Of a stretch of 64,000 bases of DNA, positions 48,486-58,699 are shown in pieces. How positions within the stretch are numbered: position 1 is the stretch's first letter; each line of letters opens with the position of its first letter. This stretch comes from an uncultured Planctomycetia bacterium (GTDB lineage Bacteria; Omnitrophota; Gorgyraeia; Pluralincolimonadales; Pluralincolimonadaceae). Below the pieces are notes generated by a model, which was not told where the DNA came from, searched no databases, and saw only the letters and a program-made list of their open reading frames with translations. Made by a program: the position numbers and the translations under genes. The DNA lies in contig CAZAEH010000004.1 of NCBI GenBank assembly GCA_964484255.1, forward strand, positions 2,282 to 66,281, in the 5' to 3' direction.

Positions 48486-49001
48486 TCAGGCAGGCTGCAA
48501 AGCAGTCCGGTAGACCCTCAGGTCCTTCTCCGAGAAGAGCACAAATACGACTTTATCTAAAACCCCGGTATCGGCAGAAATGAATTTTCTCACGGTATTA
48601 ACGGCGATCGGCGCAGCAAGCTCTATCGGGAACCTATAAGCCCCGGTAGATATGGACGGGAACGCTATCGATTTCAAGCCGTGCTTCTTTGCCAGCTCAA
48701 GTGAATTCCGGTAGCATGAGGCAAGCAACTCGGGTTCGCCGTGTTTCCCGTTACGCCAGACAGGGCCTACGGTATGTATAACGTATTTCGCGGGAAGGTT
48801 ATAGCCCTTGGTTATCTTAGCCGCACCGGTCTCGCATCCGCCAAGCATAGCGCATTCGGCAAGCAGCCCCGGACCTGCCGCGCGGTGTATGGCACCGTCG
48901 ACACCGCCGCCTCCCAAAAGTGTCCTATTGGCAGCGTTGACTATTGCATCTACGGCAAGCTTTGTTATATCACCCTGGACAAACTCTATCTTTGCGGACA
49001 T
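48486..49001 (-). CDS. Macro-domain protein (O-acetyl-ADP-ribose deacetylase, YmdB-like)
   Basis: 171 aa. [33 protein letters not shown]. Confidence 0.8.
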   Translation of the reverse strand: MSAKIEFVQGDITKLAVDAIVNAANRTLLGGGGVDGAIHRAAGPGLLAECAMLGGCETGAAKITKGYNLPAKYVIHTVGPVWRNGKHGEPELLASCYRNSLELAKKHGLKSIAFPSISTGAYRFPIELAAPIAVNTVRKFISADTGVLDKVVFVLFSEKDLRVYRTALQPA

Positions 49002-49014
49002 GGGAACACATCCC

Positions 49015-50511
49015 CTATATCAGCTTAATGTCCTCAACATGCAATAGCGGGTCGGCCTTGACGATTATCTTCGCGCGGAAATGCCGCTCTATGGATTCTA
49101 TCGCCGGACGGTCCTCGTTGAACAGGCGCGAGGCAACCTCCGGATGGGCATGCAATTCGACCTGTTTCTTCTTTGTCTCTTTAAGGTACTTCTTGACCTT
49201 GCGGAGTGCCTGTATCGACACGGTAGATACCGATTTGATAAGGCCCCTGCCCTGGCAATAAGGACACTCGCGGAACGACATGCTCTCTACGCTGCGGCGC
49301 ATCCTCTGGCGGGTCATCTCAACGAGGCAAAGCTCGGATAGCGGGGATACGTCCGTCTTGGCCTTATCGCGCTTGAGGGAATCGTTTAAGGCTTCGAAAA
49401 CCCTGCGCCTGTGGGAAGCTTGCATCATATCGATAAAATCGATGACTATTATACCGCCAAGGTCACGCAACCTTATCTGGCGGGCTATCTCCCTGGAGGC
49501 CTCCATGTTCACTGCGAACGCGGTCTCCTCGAGGCTCTTCTTCTCGGTGAACTTGCCGCTGTTGACATCTATTGCTACCAGCCCTTCGGTAGGCTCTATT
49601 ATGATATATCCGCCGCATTTCAGCGGGACTTTCCTCTCAAAAAGCTTCTCTACGTCCTTTTCTATCATCTTCCTGTCAAAGAGGGGGATCTCACCTTCGT
49701 ACAACTCGACCTTCTGCCTCAAGTGGGGAGCAACGGCGCTAAGGAAATGTTGTATTTTCCTGTATTCATCTCGAGAATCAATGGTAAGTTTTTCGACATC
49801 CTCGGTAAGATAATCACGGCCGACCCTTAAGGTAAGGTCATACTCCTCATGCAGGAGCGCGGGCGCTGACTTGCGCGCTGCGCCTATCTTTATCTTCCTC
49901 CAAAGCCCAAGCAGGTACTTAAGGTCCCTGGCAAGCTCTCTCTTGGATTGGCCGATGCCGGCCGTCCTGATTATTACGCCCATGTCGCTGGGCACGTCAA
50001 GTCCCTTTAATATCTCCTTAAGCCGGGCGCGTTCTTTATCATCGGATATGCGCCGGGATATGCCCAGGTGCCTGTCGAACGGCAGTAATACTATATAACG
50101 TCCCGGCAGTGATATATGCGTGGTCAGGCGCGCCCCTTTCGTCCCGAACGGTTCCTTGGTGACTTGGACAAGGACCTCCTGCCCCTTCTTGAGGAGCTGG
50201 TCTATGGACTGGTGGTGCCGTTGACGGTGCCGTTGCGTCTTTTTCTCTTCTTCTTCCTTATCCAGGGATTCGAAGTCCATCCCTAGCCCTACCACATCAG
50301 CCAGGTAAAGATAACCGTTCTTCTCCAGTCCGAGCCCTACGAACGCGGCTTTTACCGCGGGGACGACCGAGCTTACCCTTCCTTTAAATACATTGCCTAC
50401 AACCCTTTTTTCACAATGCCTTTCTACCGAGAATTCCTCGAGGACTTTCTCCTCCAATACCGCAAGCCTCTTTTCCTGCGGTTCGATGTTTATCAATATC
50501 TCTTTTGCCAT
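49015..50511 (-). CDS. rng: Ribonuclease G/E family endoribonuclease
   Basis: 498 aa. S1 domain [24 protein letters not shown]. RNase E/G catalytic core. Confidence 0.85.
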   Translation of the reverse strand: MAKEILINIEPQEKRLAVLEEKVLEEFSVERHCEKRVVGNVFKGRVSSVVPAVKAAFVGLGLEKNGYLYLADVVGLGMDFESLDKEEEEKKTQRHRQRHHQSIDQLLKKGQEVLVQVTKEPFGTKGARLTTHISLPGRYIVLLPFDRHLGISRRISDDKERARLKEILKGLDVPSDMGVIIRTAGIGQSKRELARDLKYLLGLWRKIKIGAARKSAPALLHEEYDLTLRVGRDYLTEDVEKLTIDSRDEYRKIQHFLSAVAPHLRQKVELYEGEIPLFDRKMIEKDVEKLFERKVPLKCGGYIIIEPTEGLVAIDVNSGKFTEKKSLEETAFAVNMEASREIARQIRLRDLGGIIVIDFIDMMQASHRRRVFEALNDSLKRDKAKTDVSPLSELCLVEMTRQRMRRSVESMSFRECPYCQGRGLIKSVSTVSIQALRKVKKYLKETKKKQVELHAHPEVASRLFNEDRPAIESIERHFRAKIIVKADPLLHVEDIKLI

Positions 50512-50774
50512 TAATTTATTTCCTCTATATTCTTTAACGAAATACCTTCGGGCAGCTGTGCCTGCAACCTGTTTATGAAATCCTCCGGCAAGATACCGGT
50601 ATACACCTGTAAAGACATCTCTTCGGCCTCGCTTTCCAGGCCGAGTTTAAGCGCTCTCTTGAAACTCATCTTGGGCCGCGGACTGAAGCCCTGTGACATG
50701 ACCAGGGGAAGGTCCGCCCTTCTCGCGGCACGCTGGAACAGCCTTTGAAGGTCAAGGTGGGATATGAATTTCAT
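50511..50774 (-). CDS. DUF2344/TIGR03936-like protein, N-terminal portion only
   Basis: KFISHLDLQRLFQRAARRADLPLVMSQGFSPRPKMSF matches the start of the radical-SAM-linked family. Only about 88-141 aa depending on start. It is translationally coupled to rng (1-nt overlap). Confidence 0.4.
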   Translation of the reverse strand: MKFISHLDLQRLFQRAARRADLPLVMSQGFSPRPKMSFKRALKLGLESEAEEMSLQVYTGILPEDFINRLQAQLPEGISLKNIEEIN

Positions 50775-50817
50775 GGGGCCCTTTTTCGCAAATGCTATGC
50801 GGAAAGCCCTGCGGATG

Positions 50818-51105
50818 TCATTGGCCACTTTCAACCTGGTCCCTGGTGCTCTTGACATCCTTCTTGATATCTGCGATATCTTTACGCAGTTTTTCCAGTT
50901 CACTGAGTATCGCCATATTCTCCTTATGAAGGACATAGGTTATGTCCCTGACCAAAAGATCCGTGCCTTTGACCGCCTCGGATCCTCTTATGAGCGCTGC
51001 GTCGGAATATTGGCTCTCGAAATCGGCGATACTGATATCATCGGCAGCCGCTATAGAAGGCGCTGCCAGGAAAAAAAACAACAACAACCCTGAAATCCCT
51101 TTCAC
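50818..51105 (-). CDS. Small secreted coiled-coil protein downstream of pilQ (GTG start)
   Basis: 95 aa. Signal peptide MKGISGLLLFFFLAAPSIAAA. SD AAGGAGG 7 nt upstream of GTG. Confidence 0.5.
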   Translation of the reverse strand: MKGISGLLLFFFLAAPSIAAADDISIADFESQYSDAALIRGSEAVKGTDLLVRDITYVLHKENMAILSELEKLRKDIADIKKDVKSTRDQVESGQ

Positions 51106-51115
51106 TTTCTCCTCC

Positions 51116-52876
51116 TTACCTCGTATTCAGATATCCCGCGTTCCCATTAGCGGATTTCTTTGCTTTACTATATCCTTCCACCTTAATGCTGGAATCTTTT
51201 TTATCCTTGCCCTTGTCATCCTTCTTGGCCGGCTGCGGGCTTATGTTAGGCTGGCCGGCTTCGAGCGCTTGTTTGACCATCGCCATATCCTGCTCGGTTA
51301 ACTCGCCGGGTTTTATTATGCGCGCCGTGATAAAGATCAGGAGGTCGATCTTTTCTACGTCATCCGTGTACCTGGTGAACAACGCACCTAATACCGGTAT
51401 GTCGCTCAAAAGAGGGACCCCTATCTTGCCTTTCGATTTAACGTCCTTGAGCAGGCCTCCTATGACTATCGTCTCACCGTCCCTCATAAGGACCTGGGTC
51501 TCGGCTTCCCTCGTTACCAGTATAGGATATTCGTTATCGCTGACTGTCTCGGTAAACGACGATATGACAGGGTGGACTATCATGTTCACGTATTGTTCAT
51601 CGCCGGTTATCTGCGGGACAACATAAAGCTGTATACCGACATCCTGGTAGTACGCAAGGTTTATCGTGGCATTACCCGCCGTACCGGATATCTGGGTCTC
51701 GATTATTGGATACTTCTGACCGATTAGGATAAGGGCTTCCTGTCCCGATAACGTCAAAATCTTTGGAGCGGACAAAGTATTGGTCCTCACGTCCTCCTCA
51801 AGCGCATGGACCATCACTTCCATCTGCTTGCCCATAAGTTTCTCAAAAAGGACCTCTATACCAGCATTCTCGGCGGTCAACCCCGAAGCCAACGGCACGA
51901 AGTTTGCGGGGCTGAAACTGTTGTCATCGGAAGATGAATAATTCCGTCCGGTCATGACCCCGGTATGGTGCCCGCTTCCTACATTAACGGTACCTAAAAG
52001 GTCGCCGTTCGCATCGGTTCTTCCCGCATGGGTCTGGAGCCTTGTGCCTGTGCTGAATTCCACGCCGAGGTCTTTCAGGACATCCCTGTTCACTTCCATT
52101 ATCCTGGCCTCGATCAATACCTGTTGCGGCTTCACATCTATCTCTTTGAGTATCTTGGCTATCCTATCGAGGGAGCTCGGGGTATCTGTTATTATAAGGG
52201 AATGCGAACGCGCGTTCTCCCTTTCCCTGCGCTCCTTGCCCTGGTCAGTCTCCTGGCCGCCGGCCGCGGGCACACCCACCTTCCATCCCTTCTGCCCGGT
52301 TATCTCAAGGACCGATATCTTTCCCTGCGGGGACAACTGCGGCTCCAGCATCTTCTTGGCATCGACCGCATCCAGGAACTGCAGCGAAAAAACCTTGCTC
52401 GTCACGCCTTCTATCTCTGTCAATTCCCTTTGTTTCTCCCTGCGTTCCTTCAGGCCGTCCACGGTGGAGACCGTTATGATATTGCCGTCCCTTTCATAGG
52501 CAAAACCGTAAGTATTGAGTATTACGGCCAGGGCCTGTTCCCACGGGACGTCCACAAGGCGGATAGTTACCGTACCTACTACTTCCTTGCCGGCAACGAT
52601 ATTTATCCCGCTCTTGAAGGCAAGAACCCTGAGGACGTTCTGTATATCGGCATCTTTAAAATCAAGGGTAATATTCCCTGACTTATCTTCTCCTGCGGGA
52701 AGCATCTCGACCGGTTTTATGGTCACAACCGGCATCTCTTCCTCCTGCACTTCCACCTCTACTACCGGTTCATCCTGGGGCGGTAAAACTTCCGCTGCAT
52801 CCTGTCCCCAGGCAGGCAAGATAAAGACCGCCGACAAAAAACAGGTGAAAAGAATAACTGATATCCTTCTGGTCAT
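51116..52876 (-). CDS. pilQ: Type IV pilus secretin
   Basis: 586 aa. Signal peptide, N0 domain (ITLDFKDADIQNVLRVLAFKSGINIVAGKEV), N-domains, secretin C-domain (IGVPLLSDIPVLGALF...IDLLIFITARII). Confidence 0.85.
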   Translation of the reverse strand: MTRRISVILFTCFLSAVFILPAWGQDAAEVLPPQDEPVVEVEVQEEEMPVVTIKPVEMLPAGEDKSGNITLDFKDADIQNVLRVLAFKSGINIVAGKEVVGTVTIRLVDVPWEQALAVILNTYGFAYERDGNIITVSTVDGLKERREKQRELTEIEGVTSKVFSLQFLDAVDAKKMLEPQLSPQGKISVLEITGQKGWKVGVPAAGGQETDQGKERRERENARSHSLIITDTPSSLDRIAKILKEIDVKPQQVLIEARIMEVNRDVLKDLGVEFSTGTRLQTHAGRTDANGDLLGTVNVGSGHHTGVMTGRNYSSSDDNSFSPANFVPLASGLTAENAGIEVLFEKLMGKQMEVMVHALEEDVRTNTLSAPKILTLSGQEALILIGQKYPIIETQISGTAGNATINLAYYQDVGIQLYVVPQITGDEQYVNMIVHPVISSFTETVSDNEYPILVTREAETQVLMRDGETIVIGGLLKDVKSKGKIGVPLLSDIPVLGALFTRYTDDVEKIDLLIFITARIIKPGELTEQDMAMVKQALEAGQPNISPQPAKKDDKGKDKKDSSIKVEGYSKAKKSANGNAGYLNTR

Positions 52877-52877
52877 T

Positions 52878-53231
52878 TTATTCCTCCTGACTCCTTGAGA
52901 TAAGAACTATATCTTCTCCTGCCCTGTTTAGGGTAACTTCATCCTCTGTTATTTTTGTGACCTTATAATCCCCGAGTATATCACCCACCTTCAGGACGGC
53001 ACCGCTTATCAGGGCATAAGAATCCCCGCCCTCCGACCAGACTATTCCCTCAAGATTGAGTTGAACGGACGAGTTCGCCGGCCTGGCTTCCGGGAGTATG
53101 TTGCCGTCTTTGTCTACCAACGGCCTAAAGGGATCCCTTCTGTTATTGACGTTATATTTGAATACCGGCTGGGCAAAAACAAGCGGGACAATTATAAAAA
53201 CCAGGAAAGCGGCTAATATCGTCTTCCTCAT
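52878..53231 (-). CDS. pilP: Pilus assembly protein PilP
   Basis: 117 aa. Signal peptide, RRDPFRP motif, beta domain LKVGDILGDYKVTKITEDEVTL. Confidence 0.7.
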   Translation of the reverse strand: MRKTILAAFLVFIIVPLVFAQPVFKYNVNNRRDPFRPLVDKDGNILPEARPANSSVQLNLEGIVWSEGGDSYALISGAVLKVGDILGDYKVTKITEDEVTLNRAGEDIVLISRSQEE

Positions 53232-53860
53232 TTAGCCTTGGCCTCCTCATTCAGTACATAAGCGATTATGAGCAGCCTGGCGCTGTGGTTGGATATGTCA
53301 TCGGCGTTGGAATGTAATTCGATATCGCCTATAGACATCACATTGGGGGCAGTTTCAACCTTGTTTATAAACTCGGCTATTTCATGGTAGCCGCCTTTTG
53401 CCTCTACCTGAATAGGGATCTCGGAATATAATGCCTTAGGCTTTCCGGCTTCCTGCTTGGCAACAGGCTTGCCCTTGGCCCCGTTGGAAGGATTTAACTG
53501 TTTCTCAGAACGTAAAGGCTCTATCTTGCTTATCTTTACTTTGCAATCCGAAGCCATGCCTGAGATCTCTTGCAATATATTCGGCATGTCCGTATGTGCG
53601 GGTATGGCCTTTTCATAAGCATCTACCTGCGCAGTAAGTTTTTCAAGCCGTTTCTCGAGTTGCGGTTTATTTTTTATAAGGCTATCCGCATTCTTAAGGG
53701 CTTCGCGTTCCTTGTTTATATCCTTATTGAGTTTCCCGATCCCGCTCAAAAGCGGTAATGTCGAGAATTGGATAAGCGCAAAAAAAGCTATTGCTACACC
53801 TATGCCGATCAGGACAAGCTTTTCCGTCTCTTCTTTGGAAAGTTTCAGTTTCTCCGCCAA
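53228..53860 (-). CDS. pilO: Pilus assembly protein PilO
   Basis: 210 aa. Single TM then coiled coil. Position between pilN and pilP. Confidence 0.65.
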   Translation of the reverse strand: MAEKLKLSKEETEKLVLIGIGVAIAFFALIQFSTLPLLSGIGKLNKDINKEREALKNADSLIKNKPQLEKRLEKLTAQVDAYEKAIPAHTDMPNILQEISGMASDCKVKISKIEPLRSEKQLNPSNGAKGKPVAKQEAGKPKALYSEIPIQVEAKGGYHEIAEFINKVETAPNVMSIGDIELHSNADDISNHSARLLIIAYVLNEEAKAK

Positions 53861-53861
53861 G

Positions 53862-54476
53862 TTAAAGCCCTCTTCCTTTCTTAAAATGGCAGATTATGAC
53901 AAAATCCATTATCTCGGTGTTCTTGATCTTCTTCCTCTCGACTTTAGAGAGTTCTATCTCATCGAAATCGCTAAAGAATGACTGGTTATCTTTGAGGGCA
54001 TTGACAAAAGGACCTATGCACCCATCCTCGCGGCCGTCCCCAACCACACTCGAACCTTCTATTACCATGACCTCTTTCAGGACACCCGGTTCTCCGGAAG
54101 CTTCTCCCTTTTTTACGTCCAGGCTGCGCAGCCATATGCCGGGGACCATGGAATCTGAAAGGTCATTCAACTTCCTGGCCAGGTTGAACCTCGACGCCCT
54201 TAATTTATCCACGGCATCGGCCTTAATGGAAAGGGCCTTGACAGAGCTATCTACCTTTACCGCGTCAGAATTGGCAGTTTGCACCACTTCATTCTTTTTC
54301 TTCAGCGACGCCAATGTCGCCCCCTTGAATTGCAGGACGAGGAACAGCAATACCTGTATTGCAACAAGGGCAATTACTATGGCTACAGCTATCGGCACAA
54401 CAGGCAAGGCAGGAAGGTCAATGTGCTCCTTCTTCCTGACCCTCATCTGCACCGGCAAAAGATTTATCTCTATCAT
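53862..54476 (-). CDS. pilN: Pilus assembly protein PilN
   Basis: 204 aa. N-terminal IEINLLP motif, TM helix, coiled coil. Confidence 0.75.
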   Translation of the reverse strand: MIEINLLPVQMRVRKKEHIDLPALPVVPIAVAIVIALVAIQVLLFLVLQFKGATLASLKKKNEVVQTANSDAVKVDSSVKALSIKADAVDKLRASRFNLARKLNDLSDSMVPGIWLRSLDVKKGEASGEPGVLKEVMVIEGSSVVGDGREDGCIGPFVNALKDNQSFFSDFDEIELSKVERKKIKNTEIMDFVIICHFKKGRGL

Positions 54477-54477
54477 A

Positions 54478-55404
54478 TCATTGCCTTATAGCCAATCCTA
54501 TACATACCGCCATCTGGCCCGAGACTTCTTTAAGCGCCTTGGAATCCACTTTTGGCGAAATAACCAGTTTGGCCGTAGGGTCCCACACTACCATCTCTAA
54601 CCCGAAAGCCTGCTTAAGCCTTTCGTTGACTGCCGTATCCTTGGCCCCTCCGCCGCTTATATATATCCCGTCTATTCCCTTCCCAAACTGGTTCTCGTAA
54701 TAATCGAAAGACAGCCTTATCTGGGTCTCAAGGGCATCTATACTCTTGATATCAACCGGGATATCACGCGCAAAGTTAAGCGTTTCATCCTTCAATATAC
54801 AAACGTTCGTCATGCTGGCGCCTATATTGAGCAAAGCTACCGTCCTGTCCTTCCCGGCACCCGCATTATTGAAAACAAATGAGTTCGTTACAGCTATAGA
54901 ATCACAATCAACGGCTTCGGGCGCTATGCCTGCGTCGTTCATATAAGTTATGTATTCGCCCACGAGGTCCTTCTTTGCGGCTACTATAAGCACTTTTACC
55001 TTACCGCCCTCAACCTTGCCGCCGATTATCTGCGCGTCTATAAACACTTCATTTATACCGAAAGGTATGTATTTCTCGGCTTCAAATTGCAGCGCGGAAT
55101 GCAATTCATCGGAACTCATCTTTGGGAAAAGCACCTGCCTGACAACTACGGATTGGCCTGAGACCGATATCACCGCTTTCTGTATCTTCGTCTCCTGCTT
55201 AGCCATAAAACGCTTAAGGGCAGCAGCAACGCTTTCCCTGGAACGCTCTCCCTCTATCTGTTCAATGGAAAAACGGTCGATCTGCATGACACCCGTCTTT
55301 TGTTTTGAGATGACAACGGACTTTATTGAGGAGGTCCCGATATCCAGCGCGACCTTATTCCTTGCCGCGCCCAGGTTCAAGAAGGGGATTTTTATCTCTT
55401 TCAT
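54478..55404 (-). CDS. pilM: Pilus assembly protein PilM (actin-like ATPase fold)
   Basis: 308 aa. ALDIGTSSIKSVVIS. Confidence 0.8.
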   Translation of the reverse strand: MKEIKIPFLNLGAARNKVALDIGTSSIKSVVISKQKTGVMQIDRFSIEQIEGERSRESVAAALKRFMAKQETKIQKAVISVSGQSVVVRQVLFPKMSSDELHSALQFEAEKYIPFGINEVFIDAQIIGGKVEGGKVKVLIVAAKKDLVGEYITYMNDAGIAPEAVDCDSIAVTNSFVFNNAGAGKDRTVALLNIGASMTNVCILKDETLNFARDIPVDIKSIDALETQIRLSFDYYENQFGKGIDGIYISGGGAKDTAVNERLKQAFGLEMVVWDPTAKLVISPKVDSKALKEVSGQMAVCIGLAIRQ

Positions 55405-55407
55405 GTC

Positions 55408-55866
55408 CTATTCGATCGGCGTATCGGTGCTACCGGCCCTATTCCCGGCCTTAGCCCTTATTATACCCGTCTCATCGGTAAAAAAATACCTGTTGCCTGT
55501 CTTGCCAGGAGAAACAGGATCTGCGTTCAGATCAAAGTTCTCGGAGTCTGAAAATGAATAATCGAACTGATAGCCTTGCTTTTTCCCTTGGACAGCCAAG
55601 ACTGAATCAAGATACGGAGGATCGGATTTCGGCGCCGCAAGCTCATCAAGAGACGCCGGATAAGTATGGGGGTTGCTGTTCGTATAATAGCTTTGGCAGG
55701 CGGTTTGTATCGTCTTGCATGATACAATAGCGGAAGCCTCATTGGCATTTATCCTGGAAGTCAAGAAAATAGGTATACCAATGGCCGCCAAAGTTGAAAT
55801 GATGGCGATGACGATCATTATTTCAACCAAAGTAAAACCGTAGTTTGTATATTTTTCTCTCGCCAT
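55408..55866 (-). CDS. pilA: Type IV pilin (PilA-like)
   Basis: 152 aa. Class III signal YGFTLVEIMIVIAIISTLAAIGIP. C-terminal region paralogous to the pilins at 58700 and 59237. Confidence 0.75.
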   Translation of the reverse strand: MAREKYTNYGFTLVEIMIVIAIISTLAAIGIPIFLTSRINANEASAIVSCKTIQTACQSYYTNSNPHTYPASLDELAAPKSDPPYLDSVLAVQGKKQGYQFDYSFSDSENFDLNADPVSPGKTGNRYFFTDETGIIRAKAGNRAGSTDTPIE

Positions 55867-55874
55867 TGGATTTT

Positions 55875-55903
55875 AGTTTATATTTTTTACGCAAAAAAGT
55901 CAA
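55875..55903 (-). promoter_or_regulatory. Candidate promoter for pilA-pilMNOPQ
   Basis: Minus-strand TTGACT (55903..55898), 17-nt spacer, TAAACT (55880..55875), which ends 8 nt before the ATG. There is no SD. Confidence 0.35.
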
Positions 55904-55929
55904 GAAAAATTCCGAATTTTCACTAATCG

Positions 55930-55958
55930 TTGATATTGAAGCCGCGTTGTAGTATACT
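55930..55958 (+). promoter_or_regulatory. Candidate promoter for the divergent minor-pilin operon
   Basis: TTGATA (55930-55935), 17-nt spacer, TATACT (55953-55958). RBS GGGAGG 55965-55970. ATG at 55979. Confidence 0.4.
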
Positions 55959-55978
55959 TTTACAGGGAGGATAATAAG

Positions 55979-56461
55979 ATGTTTACCTCATGCGGGAAAA
56001 GAGGTTTCACCCTTCTGGAGTTGATGCTCTCTGCCGCAATACTTATCGTGGCGATAGGAGGGCTTTTATCGGCCTATATATTGTGCTTTCATCTTACCGA
56101 AACCGCAAAAAACACTACCCTTGCCACTAATGCCATCCAGCTTAAGCTGGAAGAAATCCGGGATACGGATTTTGATGAGATAATAACGGACTACGACCAC
56201 ACTACTTTCACAGTCAATGGTTTCAGCGCCGGGCAGGCTATCGGGTCCATAACCGTTGAAAGCATCACTACGGACCTGTTGATGGTAACCGTAAGCGTCT
56301 GTTGGAGACAGAGCGGAAACAGGATAATGGGCGAAGATAACGGCGGGGGCGGGGGCGTAGCTCTCAGCGGATATCTGGAAGGTACCGAAGATACTAATGC
56401 AAACGGTATTGTGGATTCGCCGGCAATGATCTCCACCCTAATGATCAACAGAGGTACATGA
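55979..56461 (+). CDS. pilV: Minor pilin, PilV-like
   Basis: 160 aa. KRGFTLLELMLSAAILIVAIGGLL. Confidence 0.6.
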   Translation: MFTSCGKRGFTLLELMLSAAILIVAIGGLLSAYILCFHLTETAKNTTLATNAIQLKLEEIRDTDFDEIITDYDHTTFTVNGFSAGQAIGSITVESITTDLLMVTVSVCWRQSGNRIMGEDNGGGGGVALSGYLEGTEDTNANGIVDSPAMISTLMINRGT

Positions 56462-57027
56462 CCATGAAAGCTGTTGGCACACGAAGACATGGTTTAAGCC
56501 TCGTAGAGGTAATGATAACGGTCGCTATAATATCCGTGATAGGAGGTGCTTTGGCCTATTTCCTTATAATAGGCTCTTCATCTTGGCGGAGCGGCGATGC
56601 CGAAATCCAGGCGAACCAGGAAGCCAGGATCGGGATGATGACCATGATAAAGGAGATAAGACAGGCCAAGGACGGAAATATAAAAACGACGTCGGGGACC
56701 TTGTACGCCGACAATACGGCCTATGACAATATAATGTTCGTGATCAGTTCGGATACGGATGGTGACGGAGATACGATAGATACGACCGGGGCGCTCGAAT
56801 GGTCGGCACCAATATCGTATTATCTCTCCGGGACACAGCTGGTAAGGCAGTCCGAAAGCAGCACAAAAATTGTGGCAAACCACGTTACGGCCTTACAGTT
56901 CGCGATAGTCGTGGACACGCTTAAAGGTACCCGCGTACTAAACGTTACCATCCAGACCGTAAAGACAAGCGCCGACAGACGGCAGATGACGTCAACCCTT
57001 ACCAGCAGCGTAAACATAAGGAACTAA
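56458..57027 (+). CDS. pilW: Minor pilin, PilW/GspJ-like
   Basis: 189 aa. HGLSLVEVMITVAIISVIGGAL. Confidence 0.6.
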   Translation: MTMKAVGTRRHGLSLVEVMITVAIISVIGGALAYFLIIGSSSWRSGDAEIQANQEARIGMMTMIKEIRQAKDGNIKTTSGTLYADNTAYDNIMFVISSDTDGDGDTIDTTGALEWSAPISYYLSGTQLVRQSESSTKIVANHVTALQFAIVVDTLKGTRVLNVTIQTVKTSADRRQMTSTLTSSVNIRN

Positions 57028-57031
57028 AAAG

Positions 57032-58303
57032 ATGAAAAACAGAAAAGGTTTCATGCTGATATTCTCTTACGCTGTGGTCAGTGTCATAGTAATACTGGTA
57101 GCGGCTTATGTGGCGCGCAGCATAAACGAGATAAGGATGGCCCAACGCGAGAAGAATTCCGCAGCAGCGCTTTATGCGGCGGAAGCAGGCATAGATTACG
57201 CTTTCGACTGGCTTAAATCGCAGGGTACTCCCCCCTCGGGAACTTCGTCTTTCAGCGTGACCGGCGGCCCGTCCCTTACTACCGGGACCTATTCTGTGAT
57301 GATCGATCCCAACGACTCAAATCCTACGTCATATTCCAAGAGATATAATATAATAGCGACGGGCCAGTGCGAGGATTCCACCAGGACGGTGAACCTGGAA
57401 GTCACGCAGGATAACTTTTCCAGACATGTATGGTTTACGGATTCCGAGACCTATGACGGGGCATCGGTATGGTTCGTTACCAATGACAGCCTTAACGGGC
57501 CCGTCCATACCAACGGCAGGTTCAACATTTCCGGAGATCCGTGGTTCGGGGACGTTACGAGCGAAAGCGGTTCCTCGATCAACTACATGCACGGAGGCCC
57601 GCCCAACGATAATCCCACTTTCGAGGAAGGCATAGACTTCAATGTCGAATCCAGCGAAATGCCTACAAGGGCAACCAGTCTCAGGAACGCCGCGTCAAGC
57701 GGAGGCATGAGACTTTACGGACAGACCACGATAGTGCTTAACTCAAACGGAACGATGAATGTCACGAATTCCAACGCCGGGTACAACAACACTAATATGG
57801 CCCTTCCGGCTAACGGAGCTATATTCGTCGAGAACAGGATAGTCAACAGGAGGCTTGTGGAATACGGCAACGTGACCGTAAGCGGGACCCTCGATGGACG
57901 GCTGTCGATAGGCGCCAACAATAATATCAATATCGGAGGCAATATTACTTACAGTGATGCCTCCGGCGACGATATGCTCGGCCTGATAGCCGAACAGGAC
58001 CTGGTCATACTCCAGAGTTCCTGTCCCACTAACGGGAACCTTACAATACAGGCCAGCATGATGGCAATGTCGGACGCCTTCTATCTCGAAAACTGGACTT
58101 CATCCATGAAGGGGACATTGAATGTCCTGGGAGGTATAATCCAGAAAGAGCGCGGACCGGTCGGCACCTTCAACACCTACACAAATTCTAAGGCAAGCGG
58201 TTTTACGAAGAACTACGTATACGATGAGAGGCTTAGAACGACTCCTCCTCCTTTCTTCCCCACAACCGAAGACTTTATACCCGTATCCTGGAGAGAACAA
58301 TGA
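57032..58303 (+). CDS. pilX: Minor pilin, PilX-like (PilX_N domain)
   Basis: 423 aa. MKNRKGFMLIFSYAVVSVIVILVAAYVARSINEIRMAQREKNSAAALYAAEAG. Confidence 0.6.
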   Translation: MKNRKGFMLIFSYAVVSVIVILVAAYVARSINEIRMAQREKNSAAALYAAEAGIDYAFDWLKSQGTPPSGTSSFSVTGGPSLTTGTYSVMIDPNDSNPTSYSKRYNIIATGQCEDSTRTVNLEVTQDNFSRHVWFTDSETYDGASVWFVTNDSLNGPVHTNGRFNISGDPWFGDVTSESGSSINYMHGGPPNDNPTFEEGIDFNVESSEMPTRATSLRNAASSGGMRLYGQTTIVLNSNGTMNVTNSNAGYNNTNMALPANGAIFVENRIVNRRLVEYGNVTVSGTLDGRLSIGANNNINIGGNITYSDASGDDMLGLIAEQDLVILQSSCPTNGNLTIQASMMAMSDAFYLENWTSSMKGTLNVLGGIIQKERGPVGTFNTYTNSKASGFTKNYVYDERLRTTPPPFFPTTEDFIPVSWREQ

Positions 58304-58686
58304 CAAAGAACCGAATAATAATAGCCGGAGCCTTGTTGATACTGGGCATACTCATCGCCATGCCTTTATTGAAACCGGCGAATGGACCTATCGTCCCCGA
58401 AAATAAACAGGCGGTCCAGGAAACTGTGCCGCAGGCAGGCGTCTTTGAATTACCGCCTGACAGTGCAAGGGACACCAGAGAACCGGTCATGACTGAGACC
58501 GCGACAACCGTAACGGTAAGTGAAATGCCAAGCAAAAAAACCCCCAGAAAGGCAAGACATATTGAGGAAGATCCACAGGACAAGGGTTACGATTCAATAG
58601 ACCCGGGCCTCGTGCCTAACCCGCCTAAATCACCTTCACCCGAGATACTAAGGAACATGCAAAAGAAGGGTATAGTCCTTTACTGA
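58300..58686 (+). CDS. Small N-terminally anchored, Pro-rich membrane protein of unknown function
   Basis: 128 aa. TM IIIAGALLILGILIAM then a low-complexity P/E/T-rich tail. It is the last gene of the minor-pilin operon. Confidence 0.35.
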   Translation: MTKNRIIIAGALLILGILIAMPLLKPANGPIVPENKQAVQETVPQAGVFELPPDSARDTREPVMTETATTVTVSEMPSKKTPRKARHIEEDPQDKGYDSIDPGLVPNPPKSPSPEILRNMQKKGIVLY

Positions 58687-58699
58687 AAAGCGCCCGCGT

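Noticed and set aside
56336-56356. Two G5 runs (ggcgggggcgggggcg) inside the pilV-like gene.
   Set aside because: The tracts are short (5 nt) and encode an in-frame Gly run (GGGGG). That is below the length usually associated with slipped-strand phase variation.
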